Shown: one piece after another, positions 18,581-28,185 of the stretch
Position numbering within the stretch: position 1 is the first letter of the stretch
Layout: each line of letters starts with the position of its first letter
From: an uncultured Planctomycetota bacterium
GTDB lineage: Bacteria; Planctomycetota; JACOTG01; JAUIME01
Length of the DNA: 64,000 nucleotides
NCBI GenBank assembly: GCA_964597885.1
Contig: CAZQZX010000001.1
Span: 9,849-73,848 of the forward strand
Reading direction: 5' to 3'
Notes under the pieces: generated by a model
Told to the model about the DNA's origin: nothing
Database searches by the model: none
What the model saw: the letters and a program-made list of their open reading frames with translations, nothing else
Translations under genes and position numbers: made by a program

Positions 18581-19978
18581 ATGATCCAGTCGAATCTCAA
18601 CTTTGATGTCGTCGTGCTCGGCAGCGGCCCGGCCGGGCAGAAGGCGGCCGTTCAGGCGGCCAAAGCCGGTCGTCGAGTCGCGGTCGTCGAGCGCGAGCGC
18701 GACGTCGGAGGTGCCTGCGTGCATCGCGGCACGATCCCCAGCAAGACGCTGCGGGAGAGTGCGCAGCAGATGTCGCGCATGCAGCGATCGGCGAAGATCT
18801 TCGACTTCCGGCTGAAGGACGATATCCAGGTTCGGACGCTCGTCGAGCGCATGGAAGAGGTCGTCTCCGCACACGTCGACTTCATGGGCGATCAGCTCGT
18901 GCGTAACGAAGTCACGCAGTATCACGGCCGGGCCCGGTTCCTCTCCGAGCACGTCGTCGAGGTGACGGCGCTCGACGGCTCGAGCACGATGATCTACGGC
19001 GACGTGATCGTGATCGCCACCGGCTCGCGACCGCGCACGCCGGACACGATCCCGATCGACCACGAGCACGTCCTCGACAGCGACTCGCTGCTCTCGCTGA
19101 TCTACCTTCCCGAGTCGCTCACCGTGCTCGGTGGCGGAGTCATCGGAAGCGAGTACGCGTCGATCTTCGGATTCCTGGGCGTGAAGGTCACGCTGATCGA
19201 TCGGGCGGACCGTCCGCTGAAGTTCATGGACGGCGAGCTCGTCGGCCGCTTCCAGCGCTCGTTCGAGAATCAGGGCGGCACGTACATCGGCGACGCGTCG
19301 ATCGAGTCCGTCCAGTGGGACGGAATCTCGCAGGTCGTCACCCGCCTCGAAGACGGACGCGAGATCAGCTCCGACAAGCTGCTCGTGGCGCTCGGCCGCG
19401 TGGCGAACGTCGACCGGATGCACGTCCAGTCGGCGGGGCTCGAGGTCAGCGATCGCGGGCTGCTCCCGGTCGACGAGCATTGCCGCACGTCGGTCGAGCA
19501 CATCTACGCGGTCGGCGACGTGGCCGGTCACCCGGGCCTCGCCTCGTCCGCGATGGAACAGGGCCGCCGCGCCATTCGCCACGCTCTCGGCATCCCCGCC
19601 GGTGCGCCGTTCGAGACGATTCCCGTGGGCATTTACAGCGTCCCCGAGATGTCGAGCGTGGGTCTCAGCGAAGAAGCCGCCGTGGAGCGCTACGGAGCGG
19701 CCGTCATCGGACGCGCCCGATTCGGCGAGATCGCTCGCGGGCTCGTGTCCGGCGTCGAGGACGGCATGCTGAAGATCGTCGCTTGCCCCGAAGGCCGGCG
19801 GCTTCTCGGCATCCACATCATCGGCGACAGCGCCACCGAGCTGATCCACGTGGGTCAGATGGCGCTGGTGGCCGAGAGCGACGTCGACGTGTTCATCGAG
19901 AACATCTTCAACTTCCCGACGCTCGCCGAAGCGTACCGGGTCGCGGCTCTCGACATTCTGAACCGTCGCCCGCAGTAG
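18581..19978 (+). CDS. sthA: Soluble pyridine nucleotide transhydrogenase SthA-like flavoprotein
   Basis: FAD-binding GSGPAG. The single-Cys active site GGACVHRGTIPSK resembles SthA GGGCTHWGTIPSK. An NAD-binding GGGVIGSEYA motif and a C-terminal dimerisation domain are present. Confidence 0.7.
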   Translation: MIQSNLNFDVVVLGSGPAGQKAAVQAAKAGRRVAVVERERDVGGACVHRGTIPSKTLRESAQQMSRMQRSAKIFDFRLKDDIQVRTLVERMEEVVSAHVDFMGDQLVRNEVTQYHGRARFLSEHVVEVTALDGSSTMIYGDVIVIATGSRPRTPDTIPIDHEHVLDSDSLLSLIYLPESLTVLGGGVIGSEYASIFGFLGVKVTLIDRADRPLKFMDGELVGRFQRSFENQGGTYIGDASIESVQWDGISQVVTRLEDGREISSDKLLVALGRVANVDRMHVQSAGLEVSDRGLLPVDEHCRTSVEHIYAVGDVAGHPGLASSAMEQGRRAIRHALGIPAGAPFETIPVGIYSVPEMSSVGLSEEAAVERYGAAVIGRARFGEIARGLVSGVEDGMLKIVACPEGRRLLGIHIIGDSATELIHVGQMALVAESDVDVFIENIFNFPTLAEAYRVAALDILNRRPQ

Positions 19979-19993
19979 TCGCGGGGATCGGCC

Positions 19994-20749
19994 TCAGCCC
20001 TTTCCGCCGAGCGTCCGCTCGACGTAGCCCCGGATCGCGGCCCGCGTGTCTTCGGACTTCCAGGAGTTGCGCACGCGCCGGTCGAAGACTTCCTGCCCCC
20101 TCCGAATCTGCTCGAGAACCGGAGCGATGTTTTGCTCCTTGGCCAGGCGAAACGTCGGCGGGTGGATGGCGCCGAGCTCCCCGGCGATCGAGGTCGCGCG
20201 ATCCATCAGGTCGTCGGCCTCGGCGAGCTCCTGCACAAAGCCGCGCGCGAGAGCCTCGTCGGGAAGGAACGCACCGCCGCGAAGGACGGCTTCGCGGAAG
20301 CGGTCGGCCGGCAGCACACCGCGCAGGATCTCGAGTGCACTCGACGGGAACGGCACGCCGACCAGAAGCTCGGGGACGCCGATCCGTCCTTTCCCGGTCG
20401 CCATCACGCGATGGTCGCACGCCGCAGCGAGGATGCAGCCGCCGGCGATCGCGTGCCCGTTGCCCGCGGCCACCAGCGGCCCGGGGTAGGCGAGCGTCGC
20501 GAGGAAGCATCGGTCGAGTGCATCGAGGAACGCGGCGAGCTCGTCTTCGGAGGCGTCGAGGATCCGCTTCAGATCGACGCCGGCCGAGAAGATGGAGCCG
20601 CTCCCGGTGAGCACCGTCGGCGCCGCGTCTCCGGCGGACTCCTCGAGCGCTCGGGTGATCGCGTCGCAGAATTCCGTGTCGAGCGCGCTCGCCTTTCCGT
20701 GGGCCAGCCGCAGGATCGTCACGCCGTCTCGGGCTTCTCTCTCGATCAT
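19994..20749 (-). CDS. Enoyl-CoA hydratase/isomerase-family protein
   Basis: Crotonase fold motifs (FSAGVDLK, AAGNGHAIAGGCILAAACDHRV). Confidence 0.75.
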   Translation of the reverse strand: MIEREARDGVTILRLAHGKASALDTEFCDAITRALEESAGDAAPTVLTGSGSIFSAGVDLKRILDASEDELAAFLDALDRCFLATLAYPGPLVAAGNGHAIAGGCILAAACDHRVMATGKGRIGVPELLVGVPFPSSALEILRGVLPADRFREAVLRGGAFLPDEALARGFVQELAEADDLMDRATSIAGELGAIHPPTFRLAKEQNIAPVLEQIRRGQEVFDRRVRNSWKSEDTRAAIRGYVERTLGGKG

Positions 20750-20820
20750 GTCCGTCCTCGTGATTTTTCGGTCCGGCGGACACGATACCGCCGCCCCGGA
20801 CTTTTTTCTATCTTCCCGCC

Positions 20821-21336
20821 ATGAAGATCGGACTCTTCTACGGATCGACCTCGGGCAAGACCGAAGAAGTCGCGCAGCAGATCCGCGACCGAATCGGGGA
20901 GGAGCGCCTCGCGCGCTTCGACTCGATCCGCGGGATCGCGCCCGACGAGCTCTGCGGCTACGACGTCCTCATCGTGGGCATCCCGACGTGGAACATCGGC
21001 GAGCTGCAGGCGGACTGGGACGACCTGTTCCCCAAGCTCGACTCGATCGATCTGAACGGGACGCGCGTCGTGATGTTCGGCCTCGGAGACGTGGGCGGCT
21101 ACCCGGATACCTATCAGGACGCGATGGGCATCGTCTACACGAAGCTGCTCGAGCGGGGGGCGACGGGAGGCGTCGGCTTCATCGATCCCGCCGACTACGA
21201 TCACTTCGATTCGAAGGCCCTGATCGACGGCAAGTTCTGCGGCCTGTGCGTCGACGAGGATACCGAGCCGGAGCTCACCGAGGAACGGGTCGAGCGCTGG
21301 TGCGCGCAGCTTCGGCAAGAGCTCGAGCTCGGCTGA
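20821..21336 (+). CDS. Flavodoxin
   Basis: MKIGLFYGSTSGKTEEVA is the FMN phosphate-binding loop. The 171-aa length fits a long-chain flavodoxin. Confidence 0.8.
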   Translation: MKIGLFYGSTSGKTEEVAQQIRDRIGEERLARFDSIRGIAPDELCGYDVLIVGIPTWNIGELQADWDDLFPKLDSIDLNGTRVVMFGLGDVGGYPDTYQDAMGIVYTKLLERGATGGVGFIDPADYDHFDSKALIDGKFCGLCVDEDTEPELTEERVERWCAQLRQELELG

Positions 21337-21363
21337 GCTCGAGCGGGGCGGAACCGTTTCGAA

Positions 21364-22815
21364 TCAGCTCGACGAGCCCGCCAGCATCGCGGACTCGCAT
21401 TCCTTCCCCAGCGCGACGATCTTCTCGAGCAAGCTGTCGAGATCATCCTTCATGAGGTCGGGGTGCGCGATCACCAGCCGGATCGTGACCCGGTCGCCGA
21501 TGTAGGCGTAGTTGACGAGCGCGTCCCCCGAAGCGGCCAGGCGGTCGCGGATGGCGATGTTCAGCCGGTCGACGGTCGCGTTGTCGGCGTTTCCGCTCGG
21601 GTTGTAGCGGAAGCAGAGGTTGAGGAAGGTCGGCTCGGCCATCATCTCGAGGGACGGTTCGGCGTCCACGCGCTCGCGCGCAGCGGTGGTGACCTTCATC
21701 AGGCGGTCGATCCGGTCGGCGTAGCCCTTCTCGCCGTTGTGCTTCCACGCGAGCCACAGCTTCAGCACGTCGACGCGGCGGCCGCACTGCAGCGACATCG
21801 GCCCGAGATCGCGAGACTCCTCGGGGTTGTCGTGATAGATGTAGTCGGTGCCCTCTGTCGGGCAGCACGTCGAGACCAGGGATCCCGTGTCGCGCACGAG
21901 GAGCGCCGTGCACAGCAGCGGCACGCCCATGAGCTTGTGCGCGTCCCACGCGAAGGAGTCCGCGAGCTCGTGTCCCGCGAGGAGCTCGCGGTGAGTCTCG
22001 CTGAAGAGGACCGGGGCTCCCCAGGCGCCGTCGATGTGGAGCCACGCTCCGTGGCGCTTCGCGATGTCGGCGATCTCGCGGACGGGGTCGAACGCGCCGA
22101 GCACGGTCGTTCCCGCCGTTGCCGCGACGAAGAACGGGGTGCGGCCGGCGAGCCGGCTGCGGTTCATCGCCTCTTCGAGCTTCTCGGGGACCATGCGTCC
22201 GAGCGAATCCGACTCGATCCGGACCACTGAGCGCGCGCCGATGCCGAGCACGTTCGCGGCGGTGAGGAACGAGTAGTGCGCCTGGTCCGAGACGAACGCC
22301 TCGAGCCGAAGGCCGCGCAGCCCCTCGTCCTTGATGTTGGTGTCGGCGCGATGGCGAGCGCAGAGTATGGCGACCATGTTCGCGTTGCTGCCGCCGTTGA
22401 CGAAGATTCCCTCGCCGCCATGGAACCCGACGATCCGCGCCATCCGTCGGACGAGGTCCTGCTCCATCACGGTCGCCACCGGCGCGACCTCGTACGTGTA
22501 CATCGAGGTATTCGTGACGGCGGTGACGATCTCGCCGAGCACGCCCGCCATGTCGATTCCCGAGAAGAGCTGATTCAGGAACTTGCGGCTGCCCGTCTTG
22601 ACGCTGTGGCGAAGGTACGACTCGATGACCGGGAGGAGGCCCTCGAGTGCGGTCCCATCCTCCGAGAGCGTCAGATCCATGGAGTCCGCGAGCTGGTCGG
22701 GCGACAGGCGATCCGTGACGGGCGCCGCGGGATCGTTCAGGACACGCAGGTGCTCGGCGATGAGATCCATCGCCCGCCTGAGGGTCTTCTCCGCTTCGTC
22801 CGGTCCGGTCGTCAT
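21364..22815 (-). CDS. PLP-dependent group II amino-acid decarboxylase (glutamate/diaminobutyrate/cysteine-sulfinate decarboxylase-like)
   Basis: PLP lysine in DAHKLMGVPL and a conserved HIDGAWGA block. The ATG at 22815 is preceded by GAGGAGG 11 nt upstream, which I favour over the ATG at 22860. Confidence 0.7.
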   Translation of the reverse strand: MTTGPDEAEKTLRRAMDLIAEHLRVLNDPAAPVTDRLSPDQLADSMDLTLSEDGTALEGLLPVIESYLRHSVKTGSRKFLNQLFSGIDMAGVLGEIVTAVTNTSMYTYEVAPVATVMEQDLVRRMARIVGFHGGEGIFVNGGSNANMVAILCARHRADTNIKDEGLRGLRLEAFVSDQAHYSFLTAANVLGIGARSVVRIESDSLGRMVPEKLEEAMNRSRLAGRTPFFVAATAGTTVLGAFDPVREIADIAKRHGAWLHIDGAWGAPVLFSETHRELLAGHELADSFAWDAHKLMGVPLLCTALLVRDTGSLVSTCCPTEGTDYIYHDNPEESRDLGPMSLQCGRRVDVLKLWLAWKHNGEKGYADRIDRLMKVTTAARERVDAEPSLEMMAEPTFLNLCFRYNPSGNADNATVDRLNIAIRDRLAASGDALVNYAYIGDRVTIRLVIAHPDLMKDDLDSLLEKIVALGKECESAMLAGSSS

Positions 22816-22962
22816 GTTACCGCTGGCCTCCTCGGTCTCGTTCTCGAGCTCCCCGCGCAATCCAAGAGTCTACCTCAAGGGCACTTGGATACAAAACCGG
22901 GGTGCTGATCTTCCGGGTTCCGACGACGCTCCCCCGGGCTCGGCGCCCGGATGCCGTCAATT

Positions 22963-25224
22963 CTACTTGCGGCGGACCTTCAGGCGCCGGATGAGCCGAT
23001 GCGCCCGCAGGGACTGCGACGAGCCCGGTTCGCGCTCGGCCACTTCCTCGAGGAACGCGAGCAGCTTCCCGCGGTCGTCGAAGCGCATGGCGATCCCGAG
23101 CAGCGCGTTCTCGACAAGGCTCTCCTTGCCGCGGTCGGCCTCGACGGCGCGACACCAGTTGTCGTACGCGCGGTCCCGGTCGAGGTATTCGGGGTGGGCA
23201 TCGAAGAACTCGACACAAGCCGCGCAGCCCGGAAGGGACCCGCCCTGGAACAGATGGGCGAGGCTCGTGAAGCAGCGCGGGTCCGGTTCGTCCCCGGCCA
23301 GTTCGATGGCTTTCTCGTAGGCCTCCACCGCCTCGATCACGCGATGGTCGGTGTCGAGGGACAGCGCTAGGTTGAACCAGACCTGCGCGCTCTCGGGCTC
23401 GTGGACGAGGATCTGCCGGAACAGCTCCTGGGCGTCGCCGTGCCGGCCCGCGTCGTCGAGGATCGCGGCCTCGATGTTCAGCAGATGAAGATCGCCTCCG
23501 GGTCGGATCTTGCCCCCGTCGGCCAGTTGTCGGCGCGCGGTCTGGATGGCCGCGAGCCCTTCGTCGAGGCTCCCGCGCCGGGCGTGGATCTTGGCGAGGA
23601 GCGACCATGCCCGCGCCGAGTCGCCGCGCAGCTCGAGGGATCGGTCGATCCGCTCGAGAGCCTCATCGAAACGTTTCTGTTTCTCCTGCACCCAGGCGAG
23701 GGCGTAGTGGACGTGCGCGCATTCGTCGAGGGGACCGGAGGCAGCATGGAAGAACTGCTCGGCGTCGGTGAGGTTGTCGTACTCGCGTGCGATCTCTCCG
23801 AGCAGCACCAGCGCGAGCGGGTTGGCGGGCTCTCGTTCGAGGGTGCTCCTCGCTCGGTCTCCCGCCTCGTCGAACCGTTCGGCCTCGAAGTCGAGGAGCG
23901 CGTGCCCGAGCTCGCGGACCGTCGCATCGTCTTCGTCCTCTCGAGGGGCCCGGCCTTGCATGCCACCCTCGAGGGCCCGCGCGATCGAGTCTTCGGGATC
24001 GAGCGAGAGGGCGGTGCGAAGCTCGCGTGCGGCCGCGTCGTCGTCGTCGTCGAGCCAGCGCTCGATCGCCCGTGCGGCCGCGGCGTCGGCCCGGCGCATC
24101 TCTTCCTCGGTCGGGGGTCGGTCGAGCATCGTCCTCGCTAGCAGAAGGACGAGCACGAGGGCGGCAAGGCCCGTGACGGCTCGCAACGGATGTCGGCGCA
24201 GGGCGGCCGCCGCGAGGCGAGCCGGTCCCGGGGGGCGTCCCTTCACGGGCTGGCCGTCGAGGAACCGACCGAGGTCGTCGGCGAGTTCACGCGCGGTCTC
24301 GTAGCGGTGCTTCGGATCGTGCGCCGCCGCCTTCATGACGATCCGGTCGAGATCCCGAGGCACGTTGCCGAAGAGCCGGCGCGGCGGCGCGAAACCGCCT
24401 CGAATCACCGCCTGGATGATCATCTCGCGCGATTGCTGCTCGTACGCGGGCTGGCCGACGAGCAGCTCGTACAGGATCATCCCGATGCCGTAGACGTCGG
24501 TGCGAGGGTCGGCGGGCTCGCCTCGGATGCGCTCCGGCGCCATGTAGCGCGGCGTCCCCACGAGGTCCCCGGTGGAAGTGAGCGAGGGGAGATCGTCGGC
24601 GGCCATGAGGCCGAAGTCGAGGAGGACCGGCGTCCCGTCGCGCCGCAGCATCACGTTCTGCGGCTTCAGGTCGCGATGCAGGATCCCTTGATCGTGGGCG
24701 GCCTGCACGGCGTCCGAGAGCGTGCGCGCGATCTCGGCGGCGCGTCGCCCGGATTCGGTTCCCGTGATCGACGAGAGCGACTCGCCCTCGATGAGGTCCA
24801 TCACGATGTAGGGCGTGCCGTCCTCGATGCCCGACTCGTGGACGGCGACGATGTTCTCGTGCTCGAGCCGCGCGAGCGTCTGCATCTCGCGACGGAAGCG
24901 CTCCATCGCTCTCGGCCCGGAGAGCGGTGCGAACGGAAGCAGCTTGATGGCGTACGATCGCTCGCCGTGCTCCCCTTCGTACACGACGCCCATGCCTCCG
25001 CGTCCGATCTCGCGAAGGATGCGGTAGGGGCCGATGAGCTTCTGCTCGGCCGGCGCAGCATCGCACACCGCGTCGAACGTCCGGAGCGTCGCGCGGATCG
25101 CTTCGAGCAGTCGTGGGTGCGTCGACTCGTGGTTCGATGCGAACGCTTCGGGAGAGAGTGACGGATCCTCGTCGCGCGCGTCGAGAAAGTCGGCGACGAG
25201 ATCCTCGAGCGACGGTTCAGTCAT
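22963..25224 (-). CDS. Ser/Thr protein kinase with a C-terminal TPR-repeat domain
   Basis: Hanks kinase motifs GRGGMGVVY, HRDLKPQNVML, DFG and GTPRYMAPE. A TM segment and TPR repeats are in the C-terminal half. Confidence 0.8.
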   Translation of the reverse strand: MTEPSLEDLVADFLDARDEDPSLSPEAFASNHESTHPRLLEAIRATLRTFDAVCDAAPAEQKLIGPYRILREIGRGGMGVVYEGEHGERSYAIKLLPFAPLSGPRAMERFRREMQTLARLEHENIVAVHESGIEDGTPYIVMDLIEGESLSSITGTESGRRAAEIARTLSDAVQAAHDQGILHRDLKPQNVMLRRDGTPVLLDFGLMAADDLPSLTSTGDLVGTPRYMAPERIRGEPADPRTDVYGIGMILYELLVGQPAYEQQSREMIIQAVIRGGFAPPRRLFGNVPRDLDRIVMKAAAHDPKHRYETARELADDLGRFLDGQPVKGRPPGPARLAAAALRRHPLRAVTGLAALVLVLLLARTMLDRPPTEEEMRRADAAAARAIERWLDDDDDAAARELRTALSLDPEDSIARALEGGMQGRAPREDEDDATVRELGHALLDFEAERFDEAGDRARSTLEREPANPLALVLLGEIAREYDNLTDAEQFFHAASGPLDECAHVHYALAWVQEKQKRFDEALERIDRSLELRGDSARAWSLLAKIHARRGSLDEGLAAIQTARRQLADGGKIRPGGDLHLLNIEAAILDDAGRHGDAQELFRQILVHEPESAQVWFNLALSLDTDHRVIEAVEAYEKAIELAGDEPDPRCFTSLAHLFQGGSLPGCAACVEFFDAHPEYLDRDRAYDNWCRAVEADRGKESLVENALLGIAMRFDDRGKLLAFLEEVAEREPGSSQSLRAHRLIRRLKVRRK

Positions 25225-25822
25225 CCTGGATGCCGCTCATCGCGATGCCGAGGCGGGAGAGCGCCCGGTTGTACAGCTTCGAGACGGCCTCGGGCGTCTT
25301 GCCGAGCGCTTGCGCCGCCTCCTGATTCGACTGGTTTTCGAACGCGCGCAGGAAGAGCACTTCGCGCATGTTCTCGGGAAGCTTTCCGATGCACAGCTCG
25401 AGCTTCTCGTAGAGCGCCGAATCCCAGTACGTGAGCTCGTCGTCGTCGCCGGGGACGCGGCTGAGCATCGAGTCGGAGAGCGGGACGTCGCCGGCTCGCT
25501 TCTGCGCTTTGAAGTAGTCGAACTTCTTGCGGATCTTGTTCAGCACGCACACGTGGAGGTAGCGGTTGAACGAGTCGCGGCCTTCCGGCTGGAAGTGGTC
25601 GATGTCGTCGACCACGTCCTTGAAGACGCTCTGCAGGATGTCCTCCGATTGGAGGCGGGTGCGCAGAGCCGGACCGAGGCGGCAGCGGGTGTAGAGCAGC
25701 AGCCGATCGCGGTAGCGCAGGTACAGCGCATCCCAGGCCTTCGGATCGCCGTCCTTGGCTCGATGGACGAGGTCGGTCGAGACTTCGCCGTCCGGGATCG
25801 GGGAAGTGGGTTCGCGCTCCAT
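25217..25822 (-). CDS. ECF-type sigma-70 factor, operonic with the Ser/Thr kinase (8-nt overlap)
   Basis: ATG at 25822 (MEREPTSPIP). Region 2 is LVHRAKDGDPKAWDALYLRYRDRLLLY. Region 4 is LPENMREVLFLRAFENQSNQEAAQALGKTPEAVSKL. Confidence 0.7.
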   Translation of the reverse strand: MEREPTSPIPDGEVSTDLVHRAKDGDPKAWDALYLRYRDRLLLYTRCRLGPALRTRLQSEDILQSVFKDVVDDIDHFQPEGRDSFNRYLHVCVLNKIRKKFDYFKAQKRAGDVPLSDSMLSRVPGDDDELTYWDSALYEKLELCIGKLPENMREVLFLRAFENQSNQEAAQALGKTPEAVSKLYNRALSRLGIAMSGIQDD

Positions 25823-25936
25823 GGGGACTCCTGCTGGCCATTGTAGCCGCCTCGCCGGGGGGAGGAAAGAACGCACACTTTGTTGCAACCGGCGGGGAGG
25901 CAAGCCGGTATGCTGCGTTGAACCGCGAGGATCTGC

Positions 25937-26434
25937 ATGAGCTCGAACCGTTCCACGCCGCTCGCGACGGACCTCGATCGACGCATCGTCGACGAGATTC
26001 CGCGGGTGCGCGCGTTCCTCAGAAGGCTGTGCGCCGAGGAAGCCGAGGACCTCGTCCAGGAGGTGGCGGCCCGGGCCCTGCGATCGCGGGACTCGTTTCG
26101 CGACGAGGGCACGCTACGGGGCTGGCTCCTGCGGACGGCCTTTCGCGCGTATCTCGATCATCGGGAGCGCGAGCGGCGGAGCCCGATCCGGCTGGGCGAG
26201 CACGACACCGAGCTCGAGGATGAGAAGAGGCCGTCGTCGCCAAGCCCGGAGCTGCGCGAAGAGGTCGCGAAGCTGCTCGATCGGCTCCCTGCGATCGAGA
26301 GGGAGATCCTCGAGCGGTTCCATCGAGAGGGGCAATCCGTCCGCGAGATCGCGCGGGCGATATCGATGCCCGAAGGCACGGTGAAGTCGCACTTGCACCG
26401 GGCACGACGGCGATTGGCGAGGCGAGAAGGATGA
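25937..26434 (+). CDS. ECF sigma factor (cassette 1)
   Basis: Region 2 is AEDLVQEVAARALRSRDSFRDEGTLRGWLLRTAFRAYLD. Region 4 is LPAIEREILERFHREGQSVREIARAISMPEGTVKSHLHRARRRL. Confidence 0.75.
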   Translation: MSSNRSTPLATDLDRRIVDEIPRVRAFLRRLCAEEAEDLVQEVAARALRSRDSFRDEGTLRGWLLRTAFRAYLDHRERERRSPIRLGEHDTELEDEKRPSSPSPELREEVAKLLDRLPAIEREILERFHREGQSVREIARAISMPEGTVKSHLHRARRRLARREG

Positions 26435-26946
26435 CGATGGACGAGCACGGCTATCGCGAACGGCTTCAGGCCTGCCTCGACGAGCGGCGCGACCCGCTCG
26501 ACGATGCCGTTCTCTGCGATTGGCTACTGGAGCATCCCGAGCACCTCGAGGAGCTGGCTCGGTTGCGGGAGACGCTCGCGGTGCTCGAATCCGCGGACGA
26601 GACCCCCGCGACCTTGGCGCCTCCGAGCGATCGGCGAGACGGCATCGGCCGAGGATGGAAGCGCGTCGCCGCGGTGGCGGCGGTGCTCGCGCTTTGCGTC
26701 TTCGGCTGGCGTCTTCTGGAATTGTCCGCCCCGCCACCGCGGACGGAAGAAGAAGTGCCACTCGTCGGCATCGTGCCTCCGGGCCGGGTGCTCGACTACC
26801 GGATGTCGGTCGTGGTGGAGCGCCCGAGCGAACGCGTCGCGACGACGTCGAGCGCGAGCGGACGCACCCGCAGCCGAACCTACGATCACGGCTCGAGCCG
26901 ACTCGAGGTGGTCACCGAAGAACGACGAATCGTCAGCGCTCGCTAG
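26431..26946 (+). CDS. Membrane-anchored anti-sigma factor (cassette 1)
   Basis: ATGA start/stop overlap with the sigma gene. It has an N-terminal anti-sigma helix domain, one TM helix (VAAVAAVLALCVFGW) and a short periplasmic tail. Confidence 0.55.
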   Translation: MTMDEHGYRERLQACLDERRDPLDDAVLCDWLLEHPEHLEELARLRETLAVLESADETPATLAPPSDRRDGIGRGWKRVAAVAAVLALCVFGWRLLELSAPPPRTEEEVPLVGIVPPGRVLDYRMSVVVERPSERVATTSSASGRTRSRTYDHGSSRLEVVTEERRIVSAR

Positions 26947-26974
26947 CGTGGCGAAACTGGAGAGGAGAGTCCGA

Positions 26975-27886
26975 ATGCGACGAATCGAACCCTGCGTCCT
27001 CGCGATGTTGATGGCCCTGTGGATGGCGTCCGCGGCGACCGCTCAGAGCGTGGAGCCCACGCTGCAGATCTACGATGTTCGCGATCTCGTGCAGTCTGCC
27101 GACGTCGAAGGTGAGGTGGACGAAGTTCGCGCGAAGAGGATCGAGGAGGCCACCGAGCATCTGGCCGAGGTGATCCGCGAATACGTGCAGCCCGAGTTCG
27201 AAGCCGGGCGAGAGGAGACGAAGGCGATCCTGACCGGCTCGATCGCCGTGATCGGCCGACCCGAGCAGCACCAGTGGACGCGTCGGTTCCTCGAGCACCA
27301 GAGGAAGAGCCAGGGCGTGTACTTCGACATCTCGGCGCGGTTCATCACGGTCGATGATGGCACGTTCGAGTTCGTCTTTCCGGAGCTCGAGCCGCAGGTC
27401 TTCGACGACGAAGAGGCCGGCGCGCTCGTGTCTCGGTTGCTCGAGCAGCAGGGCGCCGACGTCCTCAGTGCTCCGCGACTGCTCGTCCTGAACCGCCAGA
27501 AAGCCATGATCAGCGTCGGCAAGCAGATCAAGTACGTCCGCGACTACGAGGTCCACGAGAACGTACTGCCGGGAGATCGAACGCTCGAGGTACCGATCGT
27601 CGATTCGATCTTCGAGGGCATCGAGTTCGGGGGGCGGGTGACGAGGCTCGACGGATCGCTCGGTCTCGAAGTGTCGCTCGACGTGTCCGATCTCGAGCGA
27701 CCGATCCCGACGCTCGACACGCCCTACGGCCCGGTCGCGCTGCCCGAGCTGACGAAGGTGCGGCTGGAGTCGACGCTCCACATGGCCGACGGCGCCACCG
27801 CGGTCTTCCCCGGTCGGCGCGATGACGGGCGCAACCTGCTGATCGTCATCCGGGTGGCCCGCGTGGATCTCGACGAGCACCGGTAA
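26975..27886 (+). CDS. Mini-secretin: secreted 303-aa protein with one Secretin_N-like domain and a secretin-family C-domain
   Basis: ATG at 26975 with a GGAGAGGAG RBS. Signal peptide MRRIEPCVLAMLMALWMASAATAQS. GADVLSAPRLLVLNRQKAMISVGKQIKYV matches the secretin-domain core (vLs.P.l.tlnnq.A.i.vG). The C-terminus is NLLIVIRVARV. Confidence 0.55.
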   Translation: MRRIEPCVLAMLMALWMASAATAQSVEPTLQIYDVRDLVQSADVEGEVDEVRAKRIEEATEHLAEVIREYVQPEFEAGREETKAILTGSIAVIGRPEQHQWTRRFLEHQRKSQGVYFDISARFITVDDGTFEFVFPELEPQVFDDEEAGALVSRLLEQQGADVLSAPRLLVLNRQKAMISVGKQIKYVRDYEVHENVLPGDRTLEVPIVDSIFEGIEFGGRVTRLDGSLGLEVSLDVSDLERPIPTLDTPYGPVALPELTKVRLESTLHMADGATAVFPGRRDDGRNLLIVIRVARVDLDEHR

Positions 27887-27937
27887 CCGGTATCGGGCGG
27901 GCACGGCCGCGACGCCGTGCCCGGCCCGAGCGCATCC

Positions 27938-28022
27938 CCGCCCTCGGCCCGGCCTTTCCCTGCCTGCCTGCCTCCCCTGGCCTGCCCCGGCCTGGCTTGG
28001 CCTTTCCTTTCCTCCCTTCCCG
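27938..28022. repeat. Pyrimidine-rich low-complexity tract built from degenerate GGCCT/TGCC units
   Basis: The 85-nt tract between the cassette-1 stop and cassette-2 sigma start is almost all C and T on the + strand, with G only in GG dinucleotides (cccgccctcggcccGGCCTttccctGCCTGCCTGCCTcccctGGCCTgccccGGCCTGGCTTGGCCTttcctttcctcccttcc). Confidence 0.6.
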
Positions 28023-28185
28023 GCTGGCGCCACTCCAACCCCCGCCACAGAAGCCGGTTGCGTTCCCCCGTCGCGATCCGCGAAACTTCCTGGAAGAAAC
28101 CGCTAAGCGCCGGAAGCCTCTACGTCGTCCATGGCGTGGAACTGCAAAGAGGCAAGCGCGCGCCGGAAACGACCCGGACGCGTCC

